Shown: one piece after another, positions 35,966-38,666 of the stretch
Position numbering within the stretch: position 1 is the first letter of the stretch
Layout of the letters: the number at the start of each line of letters is the position of its first letter
Source of the DNA: Octopus bimaculoides
Lineage: Eukaryota
Direction: 5' to 3'
Assembly (NCBI RefSeq): GCF_001194135.2
Contig: NC_068982.1
Location: 80,644,980-80,683,645 of the forward strand
DNA length: 38,666 nt
Notes under the pieces: model-generated
Told to the model about the DNA's origin: nothing
Databases searched by the model: none
What the model saw: only the letters and a program-made list of their open reading frames with translations
Made by a program: the position numbers and the translations under genes

Positions 35966-36085
35966 TATTTTACTGGTTTCAGTCTATAGACTGCGGTCAT
36001 GCTGGGGCACAGCCTTGAAGGCTATACAGTCGATGATATCAACCCCACTGCATATTTTTTCAAGATTTGTACTTATTTTATTGAT
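35966..36085 (-). mobile_element. SINE 3' fragment
   Basis: ggtttcagtctatagactgcggtcatgctggggcacagccttgaagg. Confidence 0.7.
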
Positions 36086-36455
36086 CTAAGTTGACGTACG
36101 TAAATACAAACACTGGTAATAAAAAAAAAGAAAGACGTGAACACAGGAAAATTTTGTCCAGGCCTTGCGGCACTTAAACATCGACTGTGGCTTTAACTCT
36201 AAACAACTTTGGTAACCCCTATGTATACATATATACAAATGTGTATGTATGTATGTATGTATGTCTCTCTCTCTATCTCTCTCTCTCTCTATGNNNNNNN
36301 NNNNNNNNNNNNNNNNNNNNNNNNNNNNNNNNNNNNNNNNNNNNNNNNNNNNNNNNNNNNNNNNNNNNNNNNNNNNNNNNNNNNNNNNNNNNNNNNNNNN
36401 NNNNNNNNNNNNNNNNNNNNNNNNNNNNNNNNNNNNNNNNNNNNNNNNNNNNNNN

Positions 36456-36500
36456 GAGTGGATTTGATAGACGGAAACTGAAAAAAGCCCGTCGTATATA
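36456..36500 (+). mobile_element. SINE fragment truncated by a gap
   Basis: gagtggatttgatagacggaaactgaaaaaagcccgtcgtata. Confidence 0.75.
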
Positions 36501-36510
36501 TATATGTGCG

Positions 36511-36650
36511 TGTGTATGTGTGTCTGTGCGTGCGTGTGTGTGTGCGCTTGTGTGTGTATGTATATATTTGTGTGTGTGAATGTGTATGTGTGTCTGTGCG
36601 TGCGTGTGTGTGTGCGCTTGTGTGTGTATGTATATATTTGTGTGTGTGAA
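36511..36650. repeat. Two exact 70-bp tandem copies built from degenerate (GT)n
   Basis: tgtctgtgcg recurs at 36521 and 36591. Confidence 0.85.
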
Positions 36651-37048
36651 TGTGTATGTGTGTATGTGTGTGTGTGTTTATTGAACAATGTATGCAATAA
36701 ATAATTAATTTATAGAAACTTTCCCTTGTGTCAAAGATAAAATCCAAACTCCTAGTAGCAGATATTTACGACTTTCAACGGAAAGGGGAGATAACTTCGA
36801 GAAATTAAGAATATATTTCTTTAATTACTTTACATGCTTAAAGAATCGGCAACCAGGTTTTTGTCTTCTTCCTATAACATAAATGGTTGTTAGAATAAAT
36901 AATGTACCATGAACAGCGCTCAATGTATGACCAACTGTTTGTAGGCATGAGAAACATTTGAATATATGCTATGAATATAACGTTTGAACTCGTCAACACA
37001 GTACAGGCTAGTAAATCTCGCAGATAATCGAATTATTTTAATATATCT

Positions 37049-37140
37049 TTAACTTGCTCCAGTCATTAGACCGCAGCTATGCCGGAGCACCATCTAGCAG
37101 AATTTAATCCAACAAATCGACCCCAGAACATTCTTTTAGT
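37049..37140 (-). mobile_element. SINE 3' fragment
   Basis: cagtcattagaccgcagctatgccggagcacc...aaatcgaccccag. Confidence 0.65.
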
Positions 37141-37249
37141 CTGATGCAAAGAAAGTTTTGTTTTTTACAGTATAAACTTCTCCCGATTTAATTTATGTGT
37201 CCTGAAAAAAGTTGAAAGAATTTCGCAATTATAACAGCCAAACTTTTTA

Positions 37250-37560
37250 AATAGTAGAGTTCAGTGCATAGTTGGTACTTTCTTTACTTGTTCTTCAAAA
37301 CTTAATACATGCCATCAAATGCATAGGATGCAGCGAAGATTACATTAGACAAGCCAAAGTCACCGTATGAATGAGATTAACGTTTCATCATCAACAAATA
37401 CAACCTCTCAGGATCAGACAAATCTCACACGGTGAGCATTTGGACATATGTACAAAAATCAAATCTCCTGAATTTCTTGTCTTCCCACATTATCAATGTG
37501 CAGACAATACTACAGAACAAACACGATTATGAAAATTCATTCGTTTATTAAAAAATAGGA
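37250..37560 (+). pseudogene. Penelope-type GIY-YIG endonuclease relic
   Basis: FTCSSK/LIHAIKCIGCSEDYIRQ...RLTFHHQQI...EHLDIC...FLVFPHYQC. Confidence 0.75.
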
Positions 37561-37990
37561 AACACGGCTGGACAGGCTTTAAAAAACATCAGTGATAAAC
37601 GATTCGCCTTTTACTATGAATGGTATATGACATATCAATAGGACAGAAGCTTTGACGTGATCTCGCTGGCTGCCACATGAACTTATCACATAAACATAGC
37701 GGGGAAACTGATCGCAAATTCTCTTTCTATAAAGACAATCGATTTATACAACAACGGCAAGTACACAAAAAAATATGCGACACAGCTCCACATAACACTT
37801 TTGAAAATCAAATGTGAAACCTGTTATTTATGTATGTATGTGCGTTTGTAAGTATACGATATAAGCAAAAGAGAGTGGATTTCATAACACGCTTTATTGC
37901 GTAATGCTACAATCATTTTATCAGCAGGTCATTGCTAAAGTATTATTATATGATATATGAAATAATGCATCGTACCAATATTATTTCAGC

Positions 37991-38208
37991 AAAAAGGTGG
38001 TGAATTGGCAGAACTGTTAGCACGCCGTGCAAAATGCTTAGCGGCATTTCATCCGTCCTTAGGTTTTGAGTTCAAATGCCGCCGGAGTGCACTTTACCTT
38101 TCATCCTTTCGATATTCATAAAATAAGTAGCAGTTGAACACTGAGATCAATGCAATAAATTTACCCACTCTCTCGAAATTACTGGCCATGTGCCACAATT
38201 TGAAACCA
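37991..38208 (+). mobile_element. tRNA-derived SINE with Pol III boxes
   Basis: A-box-like TGGCAGAACTG at 38006-38016, B-box GTTCAAATGCC at 38070-38080; homologous to 11848-12003. Confidence 0.85.
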
Positions 38209-38212
38209 ATAC

Positions 38213-38372
38213 TATTACTTCAGCAATATTAGCAAGAGTCGATTCTTCAGATATAAGCACAACATATTTGCTACGTCATGCCATATTCCATGGAATATAT
38301 TTACTTCACGCTGTTTCTATCATTGAATCACCGTGGCGTATATATATTCTTATCAATATTACTGAAGTAATA
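38213..38372. mobile_element. Small MITE-like element with 18-bp inverted termini
   Basis: tattacttcagcaatatt / aatattactgaagtaata, 1 mismatch. Confidence 0.55.
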
Positions 38373-38597
38373 CTGATATTTTGGCAATGATCTGCGGATA
38401 AAGTGGCAATGAAACGATTGTAGTATTATGCAATAGAGTGTGTTGCTCAATCCATTCATTTTTTTTTGCTTATATTATACATAATCTACGGCTATTCACG
38501 TATCATAGGTTATATGATCGGTTTTCGCTGTAAAACCTGTCAGCCGCTACCCGTAGACGGGCATTTAATGTAAACTATGTTTTATACCTAAATTGTA

Positions 38598-38620
38598 TGT
38601 GTGTGTGTATGTGTGTGTGT

Positions 38621-38666
<46 letters not shown>
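38598..38666. repeat. (GT)n microsatellite
   Basis: Direct inspection. Confidence 0.95.

Noticed and set aside
37991-38090. tRNA gene
   Set aside because: Has A and B boxes but no cloverleaf; it is a SINE head.
1-38666. CRISPR array or rRNA
   Set aside because: No repeat-spacer periodicity or rRNA signature.

Overview
AT-rich, microsatellite-dense animal DNA with eight N-gaps. The SINE, Penelope, RTE and mariner content, and gaps that mostly abut simple repeats, suggest a short-read assembly of an octopus genome (inference). No intact protein-coding gene is supported. Most listed ORFs are microsatellite or N artefacts, and the rest are transposon relics: two opposed RTE LINEs, two mariners (one full length, nested in an older transposon), Gypsy integrase plus LTR, a hAT transposase, Penelope RT and GIY-YIG pieces, MITEs and tRNA-derived SINEs. 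The most interesting signal is RNA structure. Seven type-I hammerhead ribozyme (HHR)-like motifs are present. Five carry an unusually long, branched stem II, two of them form an inverted pair, and two carry a GCA triplet instead of the cleavable NUH. Every copy has at least one core deviation, so activity is unproven. All alignments and folds were done by eye.
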